Below, one piece after another: positions 10,604 to 19,878 of a stretch of DNA of 64,000 nucleotides. The notes beneath the pieces were generated by a model, which worked only from the letters and a program-made list of their open reading frames with translations, ran no database searches and was not told the DNA's origin. The first letter of the stretch is position 1. Each line of letters begins with the position of its first letter. The DNA comes from Patescibacteria group bacterium (GTDB lineage Bacteria > Patescibacteriota > WWE3 > UBA101185 > UBA10185): assembly GCA_018825365.1 (NCBI GenBank), contig JAHJEV010000003.1:2284-66283 (forward strand), written 5' to 3'. A program made the position numbers and the translations under genes.

Positions 10604-11806
10604 ATGCCAATTTTTGATTACACTGCGAAAAATTCATTTGGTAAGTCTATAAGCGGAAGCGTTGATGCAAGATCCCAAGAAATTGCCGTTTCTCTTTTGA
10701 AAAACCAGGGGCTTACGGTTATCGGAATGAATGAAAAGAAAATGTCTTTCATTGATCAGTTCCTGAATTTTAGAGGAGTGCCGAAAGGAGAGACTGTAGC
10801 TTTTACAAGACAGCTTTCTACAATGATCTCAGCAGGTCTTCCAATATCAAGAGCATTGGAGGTTTTGGCCAACCAATCAACAAACAGAAGTTTTAGAAAA
10901 ATAGTTACTGAGGTACTTCGATCTGTTGAAGGCGGTGTATCGCTTTCGATGTCTTTGGCAATTTATCCAAGGGTTTTCAATGAAACATATGTTTCATTGG
11001 TCAAAGCTGGTGAGTCCTCTGGTAAACTGGATTTAATTTTGAAAAAACTTGCGGAAAACATGGAAGCGGAAAGAGATCTTGACTCAAAGTTCAAATCCGC
11101 AATGATCTACCCCATCATAGTTTTTATCGCTATGATTGGGGTTTTCATCATTCTTATGGTTTTTGTCATCCCCAAACTTTCAGAGATGTACACGAATATG
11201 AATATTGAGTTGCCCCTTATCACGAGAGCTATGATTTCGGTCTCCACCTTCATGGTGAGATATGTTTATATCGTTCTCATTTTACTCATAGGTGCGATTT
11301 TAGGGATAAGGTCATTTGCAATGTCAAAAAAAGGAAGAGCAATTATTTCCGAAATTACTATCAAAATTCCGGTGTTTGGAAAAATTACACTTCAAAAAGA
11401 TTTTTCGAGATTCAGTAGAACTCTGTCTTTACTTATAAACTCAGGCGTACCCATTGTTGAATCGCTAAACATAGTCTCAACGTTAATGTCCAGCCAAACT
11501 TTAAAAAATGCAGTTTTAGATGCGGCAACACAGGTTGAAAAAGGCCAGTCACTTTCAAACTATTTCAGAAGTACAACAAAATTCCCTCCCCTTTTAGGCC
11601 AGATGGCCGGAGTTGGCGAGGAAACAGGAAGAATGGACGAAGTTTTGGAAAGGGTCGCGATTTATTATGAAGGTGAGGTTGACAACATGGTTAAGGGTTT
11701 ATCTTCGGCCCTTGAGCCGATAATTCTTGTGATGCTTGGTGTTATGGTAGGGTTTTTGATCATATCGATCATAACTCCTATCTACAAGCTAACCAGTTCT
11801 ATTTAA
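10604..11806 (+). CDS. pilC: Type IV pilus platform protein PilC/GspF
   Basis: FTRQLSTMISAGLP, GESSGKLD, AMIYP, GEETG, LEP; three TM segments. Confidence 0.96.
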   Translation: MPIFDYTAKNSFGKSISGSVDARSQEIAVSLLKNQGLTVIGMNEKKMSFIDQFLNFRGVPKGETVAFTRQLSTMISAGLPISRALEVLANQSTNRSFRKIVTEVLRSVEGGVSLSMSLAIYPRVFNETYVSLVKAGESSGKLDLILKKLAENMEAERDLDSKFKSAMIYPIIVFIAMIGVFIILMVFVIPKLSEMYTNMNIELPLITRAMISVSTFMVRYVYIVLILLIGAILGIRSFAMSKKGRAIISEITIKIPVFGKITLQKDFSRFSRTLSLLINSGVPIVESLNIVSTLMSSQTLKNAVLDAATQVEKGQSLSNYFRSTTKFPPLLGQMAGVGEETGRMDEVLERVAIYYEGEVDNMVKGLSSALEPIILVMLGVMVGFLIISIITPIYKLTSSI

Positions 11807-11846
11807 GAAGAATATAATTTATTAACTTAAAGGAGGTGAATAAAAT

Positions 11847-12350
11847 ATGTTATTTCAACCTAAAGAAAAAGGTTTTACGTTAGTTGAGCTTTTGGTAGTT
11901 ATTGCTATCGTTGCTATTCTTGCGGGCGCTGTTTTAATTGCAATTAACCCAGCTACAATGATGCAAAAAGCAAGAGACTCCAGAAGACTTGGAGATATGG
12001 ACACGCTTGTCAAAGCCATGAACTTGGCTATAACAGAGGGTGAGATCACCTTAGCAACTATGGCAGCCGCTACGACTTCAGCACAAGCTACTGCACAGGT
12101 AGTTGATGGTACAGGTTGGATAAGGTTTGCTATACCAGCGACAAAGACTGGCCTTTCGAAATACGTAGCAGCCCTTCCACTTGACCCGACAAACACAGGA
12201 TCGAACGTCTACTCATTCCAGTCAACTTTGACTGATTTTGAGATGGACGCAGTTTTGGAGCATGCTGATAATGCAATAAAAATGACAACGGATGGTGGAA
12301 ACAGCGCTACGAAATACGAAGTTGGAACAAGCCTTACAATCACGAACTAG
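11847..12350 (+). CDS. Type IV pilin (likely major pilin 1)
   Basis: Class III signal KG|FTLVELLVVIAI; strong SD AAAGGAGGTGA; followed by a terminator. Confidence 0.92.
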   Translation: MLFQPKEKGFTLVELLVVIAIVAILAGAVLIAINPATMMQKARDSRRLGDMDTLVKAMNLAITEGEITLATMAAATTSAQATAQVVDGTGWIRFAIPATKTGLSKYVAALPLDPTNTGSNVYSFQSTLTDFEMDAVLEHADNAIKMTTDGGNSATKYEVGTSLTITN

Positions 12351-12407
12351 TGATTGGTTAGTGGAGTTGGAATTGCGTACGTAGCCAGAGCTCTGTTTAT
12401 AGAGTCA

Positions 12408-12445
12408 AAGGGGACCCGTATTTGGCGGGTCTCCTTAAGTTTTTA
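12408..12445. terminator. Intrinsic terminator hairpin after the pilin, possibly bidirectional
   Basis: aaggGGGACCCG-tatttgg-CGGGTCTCCtt followed by a T tract. Confidence 0.7.
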
Positions 12446-12473
12446 TGAAAAGCCTCAGGTTAATTAAAACACG

Positions 12474-12884
12474 TCACTTCTGGATAATAATTTCTTTCCC
12501 ATACAATTGTTGTTTCACATTATGTTTTATTTCTTCGGAAACGGATTTATTCTTGACAAGTTTCATAATTTCTTTTGGGTCATCGTCAGCTGCTATTCTA
12601 TTTAAATTAACTTTTCCACATTTTTCACAAATGTGCATAAGCATAAGTTCCCCTATCTTTGCTTTCTTCCACTTGCCATCACGGCTTTTTTTGAACGTAA
12701 CTCCGACAGGATGCATCTTCCCCCCACATTTTGAAAGTCTGTCTCCGGTTTTTGTTTCATCAACGTGTTTGCTCCAAAGACAAAATGGGCAATGATTTCT
12801 ATTTCTTGTACCGATATTTCCAATTGCCGAAACATGTTTGCCACAGTGCAAACATTTAAAGTTTTCTTTGATATTGCTTTTCAC
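12474..12884 (-). CDS. RNHCP-domain zinc-binding protein
   Basis: FKCLHCG...RNHCPFCLWSKHVD...GDR..CGG.M.P...H.CEKCG...RIAADDD; GTG start inferred. Confidence 0.85.
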   Translation of the reverse strand: MKSNIKENFKCLHCGKHVSAIGNIGTRNRNHCPFCLWSKHVDETKTGDRLSKCGGKMHPVGVTFKKSRDGKWKKAKIGELMLMHICEKCGKVNLNRIAADDDPKEIMKLVKNKSVSEEIKHNVKQQLYGKEIIIQK

Positions 12885-12921
12885 ACTCCAATTATATCTT
12901 AGATTCCTGTACAATAATTTT

Positions 12922-13806
12922 ATGCAGACATTGTGTTATATTTTTCTTTTTTTAGGCGGCGCTCTTATCGGATCTTTTTTAAACTTGGTTTCTGATCGTC
13001 TTCCAAAGCGTAAGCTGATTATTTTTGGAAGATCCAAATGTGATTTTTGTAACAAACCCCTTGAGCCTAGAAATTTATTCCCTATATTTTCTTTTCTTTT
13101 CCAAAAAGGTAGGTGTTCCTTTTGCAAAAAGAAGCTTTCCCTTTACTACCCCCTTTCGGAGATCTTATCTGGTTTGTTATTTATAGTTGCCGGTTACGCA
13201 TCCAGATTTTTTCAAGTTCCATCATTTGCAACTCTTATTACCTTTATCTTTTATGCCGTTGTATTTAGTTTTTATCTGATTATTTCTCTGACGGATTTGA
13301 AGAAATGTATTATTCCTGACGAAGTTGTCTATCCAGCTATTGGTTTTACTGTTTTATATATTTTATTTTCCAGAGCTTATGATTTTTTGACTATGAAAAA
13401 AGCTCTGTCTAACGATCAACTTGGGGTTTATCTTATAAAAGTTGGATACCTTAATAGTCAGCTTATGTTCGCGCTGAAAAATCTTGGTTTAGTTTTATTA
13501 GGAGCGGTTATTATCTGTTTGTTTTTTATGTTTCTGGTTTGGATCACAAAAGGAAGGGGGATGGGATGGGGAGATGTAAAACTTGGATTTTTAATAGGAC
13601 TTGTTAACGGGTTTCCTTATGGATTTGAGGCGATATTTTTCGGGTTTGTGCTTGGAGCTTTGTATAGTTTGATTTTAATAATATCCAAAAGGAAAACCAT
13701 GAAAGACACGATCGCATTCGGTCCTTTCCTCATCATGGGAAGTGTGCTTACTCTTTTATATGGGGTCAGAATTTTTGATTGGTATACGAGTATAGGGATG
13801 AGGTAA
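12922..13806 (+). CDS. pilD: Prepilin peptidase (A24)
   Basis: GSFLN, RSKCDFC, GRCSFC, YPLSE, catalytic D motifs TDLK and MGWGDVKL, IAFGPFL. Confidence 0.95.
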   Translation: MQTLCYIFLFLGGALIGSFLNLVSDRLPKRKLIIFGRSKCDFCNKPLEPRNLFPIFSFLFQKGRCSFCKKKLSLYYPLSEILSGLLFIVAGYASRFFQVPSFATLITFIFYAVVFSFYLIISLTDLKKCIIPDEVVYPAIGFTVLYILFSRAYDFLTMKKALSNDQLGVYLIKVGYLNSQLMFALKNLGLVLLGAVIICLFFMFLVWITKGRGMGWGDVKLGFLIGLVNGFPYGFEAIFFGFVLGALYSLILIISKRKTMKDTIAFGPFLIMGSVLTLLYGVRIFDWYTSIGMR

Positions 13807-13859
13807 CTGGAGAGATTCTTAAAATTTTAGGCAAGGAGGAAGAAGAAAAAATGATTTAG
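13803..13859 (+). pseudogene. Diverged remnant of a response-regulator 3' end
   Basis: Translates VTGEILKILGKEEEEKMI*, versus VVEEIAKVLSKEEEENK* at the end of the regulator at 18815-19228. Confidence 0.65.
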
Positions 13860-14380
13860 TTTTTGTCTTTTAGACACTCTAAGTACATCTTCTCACACCT
13901 TATTATCTGTTCTTCAATTGTATCCAGACCCATATTTTCTCTTAACTCTATCAGTTTATCTGAATCCTTTACGGGTAGTAACTCCGTAATCACCTTACCG
14001 TCTTTTTCTTCAGATTTGACTTGGGTTCCGTATATTTGGTAACCGTATTTTCTTAAGCACACTCTATCCTCAAGAAAGGCCACGTCTTTCTTTGATACAC
14101 CGTTTAAGTTTTCTTTCATTAGTTCTAGGCATCTTTCTCTAAACTCATTATCTTTAGTGTGTTGTGCCAGTAACCACGATGCGTGGGCTGCCCTCTCACC
14201 TACTTTGGAAAATGTCGGCCATCCGATTTTTGAAATTATCTTTTTAAGTTCCTTAGTGTTTTTTTCGTCTGCAGTTTCTACATCTTTCCATGAGAAGTTT
14301 GGATTTTTCCTAAGTTTCTGATCCCGCTTAGCCATTTGTAGAAGCTTCGTCTTATTTAAAAAGCGTTTGAACAAATTCAT
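13856..14380 (-). CDS. DUF6624-like protein
   Basis: M..RDQ.LR...D..NT..LK.II...GWP..SKVG..AA.A.WLLAQH...AFLEDR......Q.YGTQ pattern. Confidence 0.75.
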   Translation of the reverse strand: MNLFKRFLNKTKLLQMAKRDQKLRKNPNFSWKDVETADEKNTKELKKIISKIGWPTFSKVGERAAHASWLLAQHTKDNEFRERCLELMKENLNGVSKKDVAFLEDRVCLRKYGYQIYGTQVKSEEKDGKVITELLPVKDSDKLIELRENMGLDTIEEQIIRCEKMYLECLKDKN

Positions 14381-14416
14381 ATATATATAAAGTAATACTT
14401 TCCACTCAAATAAAAT

Positions 14417-14448
14417 AGTGCCTACTCATTGTTAATGTAGCAGGCACT
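14417..14448 (-). terminator. Hairpin downstream of the rSAM gene
   Basis: AGTGCCT...AGGCACT inverted repeat, T-rich tail on the minus strand. Confidence 0.55.
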
Positions 14449-14456
14449 TGATGTGG

Positions 14457-15752
14457 CTAAGACGTTATGACATTTCTATTATAAGTAACTCTCCCGCTTT
14501 CATCCAATAACCACAGTCCCTTGTTCCACTCTCCTGTGTATGGATTGTATGTGCACCGGGGGTAGGGGGACTCCGCTAGACTAAGTTTTCCACCACAGCT
14601 TCCAAACGACAGAGCTCTGCAGTCGAAACAACAATATCTGTATTCGCAGTCTTTACATACCAAAACACTGTCCTTTGTAGATTTCCAAATGTCTTGAACC
14701 TGCTTACGCTCAACAAGGTTTGTGAGGTTGGTTTCTTTGTAATTTCCCAGAATTGTCCCACGAAGGAAGATACAAGGTAGGAAATCCCCAAATTCTGTCA
14801 CAGTCAAGCAGCCCTTAAGGCACGAATTAAAAGACGTGTGGTTACAAAGAGACTCTTTGTTAGTCTGGAAGTTTGGTTCCATCAGACAACCGTATTTAAG
14901 TATGTACTTCATGTCCGGCAAGAGTGTGGAGTTGTTACCCCGACCGGTAGGCCTCAAAGGGTCTATTTTACTAGATTGTATTCCAAGTTCCCTTTTAAAT
15001 TTTAGGGTTTCCTCTATGGTTTCCTGGTTAGCTCTCATTAACACGGTTTCAGCTCTTACTAGAACACCGAGGTTTCTTAACTGCTTTATTACGGCCACGG
15101 TTTTTCTGTGACTTCCGGGAGTTCTGGTAATGTAGTCGTGAATCTTCTCATCATGGGAGTAGATAGTTGTGGCGATTTTCAACCCCAGACTTTTTATTCG
15201 AACGATGTCTTGGCTTTTAACCAGTGTGAGATTACTAAAGATTTCGATACTGTTAAAACCTATTTCTATGGCATACTCCGCTAGATCCAGGACTGTTTCT
15301 TTGTTACTACCCCTGAATAAGAAAGGTTCCCCGCCTATAAACTGACCCCTCTTACACCCAAGATCTCTTGCCTCTTTTATTAATGAGACCCAACCCTCAA
15401 ATCTTATCGGAGTTTGGTTGCAGTAAACATCCTTATTTCCTGCTTCACCAGAATCCACGTAACACTGAATGCATCGTTCGTTACAGCGCGAAGTGCAGAT
15501 TTCAAACCACACAAAGTTCAGATTTGCCTGTCCTTCGTCTTTGGGAAGTTTGCTATAAGAATGCCTAGAACATTTTGTTGCCAAACCCAAGTTTAGAAGT
15601 TTTTCCCAATAGGCAGCATCACTTGATTTATTAGATAATATACCTACCGCTGCCTGGTTTATTGAGTATACGTTTCCGGAGTTTGTATCTAGTATTGCCC
15701 CTCTGTGAACTCCCTTTACTAAATAGACACCCTTACCAAGTTTGTATTTCAT
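14457..15752 (-). CDS. Radical SAM/SPASM peptide maturase with probable N-terminal RRE
   Basis: CNERCIQC (CxxxCxxC), GGEP; SPASM cysteines C..GCLTV...G...PC...CKDCEYRYCCFDC...RCTYNPYTGEW; about 70-aa N-terminal extension. Confidence 0.92.
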   Translation of the reverse strand: MKYKLGKGVYLVKGVHRGAILDTNSGNVYSINQAAVGILSNKSSDAAYWEKLLNLGLATKCSRHSYSKLPKDEGQANLNFVWFEICTSRCNERCIQCYVDSGEAGNKDVYCNQTPIRFEGWVSLIKEARDLGCKRGQFIGGEPFLFRGSNKETVLDLAEYAIEIGFNSIEIFSNLTLVKSQDIVRIKSLGLKIATTIYSHDEKIHDYITRTPGSHRKTVAVIKQLRNLGVLVRAETVLMRANQETIEETLKFKRELGIQSSKIDPLRPTGRGNNSTLLPDMKYILKYGCLMEPNFQTNKESLCNHTSFNSCLKGCLTVTEFGDFLPCIFLRGTILGNYKETNLTNLVERKQVQDIWKSTKDSVLVCKDCEYRYCCFDCRALSFGSCGGKLSLAESPYPRCTYNPYTGEWNKGLWLLDESGRVTYNRNVITS

Positions 15753-15799
15753 CGCATCTCTCCTCTTTTGTTAGATTATAACTTGCAATATATCACTTA

Positions 15800-16564
15800 T
15801 TAGTACTTTTCACTACTTGCTTTGGAGTACTCTGGGTACTTTTTCTTTATTCTTTGAACAAACTGGTAAATATTTTCCTCATCGTTTTTTAAATACGTTT
15901 TCCATTCTTTTAGAATTTTTCTTTCACACGTTTGCAAATGTGTGTGACCTACTTGCATCCCATCACACTTAAAGTAACTTCCTTTCCTGTTTAACCTAAT
16001 TCGCATTTCATTGTCAGCTATTAATTCAACAACCGCGTGTTCCAAATCTGTTTTTATAAAAAAATTGTGAAGATACTCATGAACAAGATAAACCAAGCTA
16101 TAATTTTTCCAATCCTCCTCATGGCCCCAGAATATACTTCCATGGTAGCTTGATCCCTCCCGCACTTTGTTACTAAGGACGTTCACAACAGAGTTTTTCT
16201 CTGGGAGTTCTGTCTTCAAAATATCCATCAACTCTTTATTTATAATTTCTTTGTTTTTATTCCACTGATTTTCGAGCCGTACTTTATAGTCACAAGCATT
16301 TTTATATATTGAGGAGAACTCTTTTGTGGCTAGTCCTTCAGAAAGAATTTGCGTTATGTCAGAGGTTGCTTCTTTTAATACCTTTTTGTAATCTGGTCCA
16401 GAAAGTAATTCATAGTAGTTACCTTGTATTAGTTGATAACCTTTTTTGTATTTTTTCCATAACTTGTTTTGAAGACTTACCCAACTTTTAACTCTATAGT
16501 TAGGGGTTTTTAATAAACAGGTTATGAAAAGTATTTCTTTTGAGATTTTGAAAGTTAAGTCCAT
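15800..16564 (-). CDS. HExxH (zincin/gluzincin-like) protein
   Basis: YLVHEYLH with downstream Glu (HAVVELIA); lies between precursor and rSAM genes. Confidence 0.75.
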   Translation of the reverse strand: MDLTFKISKEILFITCLLKTPNYRVKSWVSLQNKLWKKYKKGYQLIQGNYYELLSGPDYKKVLKEATSDITQILSEGLATKEFSSIYKNACDYKVRLENQWNKNKEIINKELMDILKTELPEKNSVVNVLSNKVREGSSYHGSIFWGHEEDWKNYSLVYLVHEYLHNFFIKTDLEHAVVELIADNEMRIRLNRKGSYFKCDGMQVGHTHLQTCERKILKEWKTYLKNDEENIYQFVQRIKKKYPEYSKASSEKY

Positions 16565-16577
16565 ATTTTATAAAGGT

Positions 16578-16616
16578 GGCGAAGTTTATGATCAAGCACG
16601 TTTCACAAACTTCGCC
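16578..16616 (-). terminator. Hairpin between precursor 1 and the HExxH gene
   Basis: GGCGAAGTTTaTGA ... TCAcAAACTTCGCC, 14-bp stem with one non-canonical pair. Confidence 0.7.
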
Positions 16617-16630
16617 TATTTGGTACATCA

Positions 16631-16786
16631 TTACTTTGGATTACAAGTTCTTGGATAACAGGATGGTGCACATGGACCGTTGGGGGCGCAATTTGGATTA
16701 CACCTAGAGGGTCCTTTCCTGTTGTTTGTCACGAGCTTTATCTCTGGTTTCTCACGGTTTTTCAAATCAGTTGTTGCGGGTTTCAT
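16631..16786 (-). CDS. Putative RiPP precursor, 51 aa, CxP-repeat core (not in the ORF track)
   Basis: MKPATTDLKNREKPEIKLVTNNRKGPSRCNPNCAPNGPCAPSCYPRTCNPK*; SD AAAGGAGA upstream; first gene of the rSAM locus. Confidence 0.85.
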   Translation of the reverse strand: MKPATTDLKNREKPEIKLVTNNRKGPSRCNPNCAPNGPCAPSCYPRTCNPK

Positions 16787-16830
16787 TATGATCTCCTTTT
16801 CTTCTAGCACTTTTCTATCTTTATGTTGTT

Positions 16831-16839
16831 ATTCTATCA
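16831..16839 (-). promoter_or_regulatory. Candidate extended -10 promoter for precursor 1
   Basis: TGaTAGAAT about 45 nt upstream of the ATG. Confidence 0.45.
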
Positions 16840-16995
16840 CTTCTTGTAAAGCTGTGGGTACTTGACACACCATTCCCTTGGGGAACTTCTAATAGATTCT
16901 GTTTTATATTCAGCTCGAGGGGATATTAATTAAAATTGTTATAGGATTTATGGTAGCCAGATTGTCCAGAAAAGATTGTCCTTATATTTTGGTAG

Positions 16996-18426
16996 TTACG
17001 ATAAACTTGTGATTTGTTGGATTGGGACCCGCAGTGTCTTTACGCTGTCGGATTCAATTTTTTCGCCAGGTTTTAATATTGTTGTTTTAGGAAGGGATAT
17101 CCAAAATGTGCTTCCCTTGCCTATTCCATCGGATGTTGCCCAAACTTTCCCCCCCATTCCCTCAACATAAAGCCTTACAATATAAAGTCCAAGTCCAGTG
17201 CCGCCTGTGTCTGAAGCTATAGTATAGGAATTATCTATTCTTCCGAATTTATGGAAAAGCTTTGGAATATCCGGGGGGTTAATTCCGGACCCGGAGTCTT
17301 TTATCTGAATCACTACTTTATCTTCTTCGTTTTCTACCGTCACTTTTATTCCCCCGTTATCGGTAAATTTAACAGCGTTATCTATCAAGTTTATGATCAC
17401 ATTTCTCATTTTCTCTTTATCGATATCCACAAAAACGTCAAGACACTCTTCATCGAAACTTAAGTTAATCCCTTTGCTTTTAGTCTTTATCTCAAAGCCG
17501 GTAAGAATTTCCTTTATGAGTTCGCAAAGATTTGTTTGAATAATCTTGAACTCTACCTTATCTTGTTCGAATCTGGATATATTAAGCATGTCGTTAATCA
17601 AATCTATCATTCTTTGAGTCCCCCTTTCGGCCTTTTGAAGGTATTCTTTCTGTTTGTTGTTTAGTTTCCCTGTTTTATGTTGATCCATCATCCAAAGATA
17701 ACTTTTAACGATTGTCATTGGGGTTCTGAGTTCGTGTGAGGCTACTGTTAAAAACTCATCCTTCATTTTATTTAGAACCATTAAATTCTCGTAGGCTTCA
17801 TTAAGGTCATCTTTCACTTCTTTTAGGTTTTTATAAAGCCGTGAATTTTCAAGAGCAATTCCTGCGTTCTCGGAAAATTTTCTTAACATTTCCTTTTCAA
17901 AATCAGAAATTTTATCCGCATTTTTTGACATGCTGACTATCAAAACTCCGATAGCTTTGTCTCTGACGGTCAGTGGTGTTGCGATATTCAACTTGGTGCC
18001 AAGGAGCGCCTGGATATCTTTTGAATCTTCAAGTGTAACGGAAGGACCTAAAAGATCAAAAAGATTTCCTGATACGTACTGCTTTTTATCTTTGATGGCC
18101 CTTATACAAAGGTTGTCTTCATACCCTAGGGCTATACTTTTACTTCGAAGCGAGTCTTTTAGTTTTCTCATGACATTTTCATCTTTTATGGTTTGGGATA
18201 TTGCCGTTTTTACAAGTTTTTGTCTTTGTTCATCAACAAGCCAAAGAATCGAAAATTCATATCCCAATGCCATTGGGATGATGTCCGCAATTTTTTGGGC
18301 CATCTCGTCAAAGTCGTTAGTTCCAAGGATTATTTCGATAAGCTTATATGTAGCGTCAAGTGCCCTATTCTTATCAACAAGAGCCAAAAGCTCATTCTCC
18401 TTAAGTTGAACAGTATTATTATTCAT
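16996..18426 (-). CDS. Cytoplasmic GAF-domain sensor histidine kinase
   Basis: GAF ending AGIALENSRLY; H-box ASHELRTP; N-box NLIDNAVKF; DSGSG and GTGLGL G-boxes; no obvious TM segment. Confidence 0.93.
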   Translation of the reverse strand: MNNNTVQLKENELLALVDKNRALDATYKLIEIILGTNDFDEMAQKIADIIPMALGYEFSILWLVDEQRQKLVKTAISQTIKDENVMRKLKDSLRSKSIALGYEDNLCIRAIKDKKQYVSGNLFDLLGPSVTLEDSKDIQALLGTKLNIATPLTVRDKAIGVLIVSMSKNADKISDFEKEMLRKFSENAGIALENSRLYKNLKEVKDDLNEAYENLMVLNKMKDEFLTVASHELRTPMTIVKSYLWMMDQHKTGKLNNKQKEYLQKAERGTQRMIDLINDMLNISRFEQDKVEFKIIQTNLCELIKEILTGFEIKTKSKGINLSFDEECLDVFVDIDKEKMRNVIINLIDNAVKFTDNGGIKVTVENEEDKVVIQIKDSGSGINPPDIPKLFHKFGRIDNSYTIASDTGGTGLGLYIVRLYVEGMGGKVWATSDGIGKGSTFWISLPKTTILKPGEKIESDSVKTLRVPIQQITSLS

Positions 18427-18467
18427 GGCAGTAGCTTAATTATATATGTAAGTTTACAATTTTGGAT

Positions 18468-18758
18468 ATGGCAAGAAGATTTCAGAAAAAACTTGAGAAT
18501 TTCAAATGTGATAATTGTGGATACGAAGTTGTTGGATTCGGGTACACAAATCACTGTACCCAGTGTTTGTGGAGCAAGCATGTTGATATATTTCCCGGAG
18601 ATCGGAAGGAGGACTGCAAAGGTTTAATGAGGCCAATTAGGATTGAAAAAAAGAAAGATGGGTATGTGATAGTTCACAAATGTGAGAGGTGCGGGGAGGA
18701 AAGAAAAAACAAGGCATCCCCGCAGGATAATTTTGAGCAGATTATAAAAATAAGCTAA
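18468..18758 (+). CDS. RNHCP-domain protein (second paralog)
   Basis: FKCDNCG...TNHCTQCLWSKHVD..PGDR...C.G.M.P...HKCERCG. Confidence 0.85.
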   Translation: MARRFQKKLENFKCDNCGYEVVGFGYTNHCTQCLWSKHVDIFPGDRKEDCKGLMRPIRIEKKKDGYVIVHKCERCGEERKNKASPQDNFEQIIKIS

Positions 18759-18814
18759 CTCCCCTACCCGACTTTATTTGACTTGTTGTATTTCCTGACT
18801 GGTGTTATAAATTA

Positions 18815-19228
18815 ATGTATATGGATGAAAATAAAATTCCAAAAAATAATATTTTGATAATAGAAGATGAGCAGGATATTAGAGAAATTTATGTTGAGGT
18901 TTTGACCAATGCTAAATACACGGTAGATCAGGCTGCCGATGGGGAGACGGGGATGCAAAAGATAAAAGAAGGAAACTGGGACCTTTTACTACTTGATATA
19001 ATGCTTCCCGGAAGGGACGGACTTAAGATACTAAAGGAGATTAAAGAAACCCCCGGACTTAAAAAAGGTCCTGTTATTGCTCTGACTAATTTAAACAGCG
19101 AAAACATTATTCATGAGGTTTTTACTTCGGGAGCGGACGGGTATCTGATTAAAAGTGAAATTACACCGGATAAGGTAGTTGAAGAGATTGCGAAGGTTTT
19201 GAGTAAAGAGGAAGAAGAAAACAAGTAA
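18815..19228 (+). CDS. Single-domain response regulator (CheY-like)
   Basis: ILIIEDE, LLLLDIMLPGRDG, VIALT, GADGYLIK. Confidence 0.93.
   Translation: MYMDENKIPKNNILIIEDEQDIREIYVEVLTNAKYTVDQAADGETGMQKIKEGNWDLLLLDIMLPGRDGLKILKEIKETPGLKKGPVIALTNLNSENIIHEVFTSGADGYLIKSEITPDKVVEEIAKVLSKEEEENK
19102..19228 (+). repeat. 127-bp direct repeat, copy 1 (3' end of the response regulator)
   Basis: Aligns without gaps to 20035-20161 with 8 mismatches by hand count. Confidence 0.95.
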
Positions 19229-19280
19229 CGCCTAATTTCGTTTTGATTTCTGAATCCTTGATGTAGTTGTCGAATGGCGT

Positions 19281-19547
19281 CTATTTTTTACTTCCAGACT
19301 TCCACTCAAAATATTTATTAACCCAAGTCGGGTACTTCTCACCTGTTGAATCAAACACCTTGTATTCGAAATCCAGTATATCAATAGCATATGACATTTC
19401 GTCATAATTCGGTTCCTGCAAAAGTCTTGAAGGAAGGTTCCAAGCAGTATTTAAAATATGCATTGATAAGGTTTTATCGTATTTTCTATCATATTGATTT
19501 GTTCCTGCTATTAGTAGTAATAAAAGTTTGTTTTTATCTATTTTCAT
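19281..19547 (-). CDS. Hypothetical protein, 88 aa
   Basis: MKIDKNKLLLLLIAG... C-terminal part of the 191-aa track ORF; the upstream part overlaps another gene. Confidence 0.55.
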   Translation of the reverse strand: MKIDKNKLLLLLIAGTNQYDRKYDKTLSMHILNTAWNLPSRLLQEPNYDEMSYAIDILDFEYKVFDSTGEKYPTWVNKYFEWKSGSKK

Positions 19548-19629
19548 ATTTTTTGTTAAAGAAAATTGCCTGTGGAGTCTTTGTAAAGGTTTCTCCACGG
19601 TCTTGCATTTGACGTTGTTCTGCGGCCTG

Positions 19630-19878
19630 TTAGCCACGATCACGCCCAGGGAGTTCACCGAATGGGGAGCCGGAGTCTTGATAATCATCTCTAGCAGAGT
19701 GCCAAGTCTCTTTAACTTCCCGCTCTGACTGTTGATCGTCATTACCTTCGTTATCTTTCTCCCATTTGTCGTAATCGTGGGTGTCCTCTTCATCCCAGCC
19801 CCTAGTATCCCTTGGGGTAAAGGTGGAATCAACATCCTCATTTTCGTTCTCATCATCAGGACCGAATTTGGTACTCAT
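19630..19878 (-). CDS. Small, very acidic hypothetical protein
   Basis: 82-aa D/E-rich ORF with GAGAGGG upstream. Confidence 0.6.
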   Translation of the reverse strand: MSTKFGPDDENENEDVDSTFTPRDTRGWDEEDTHDYDKWEKDNEGNDDQQSEREVKETWHSARDDYQDSGSPFGELPGRDRG

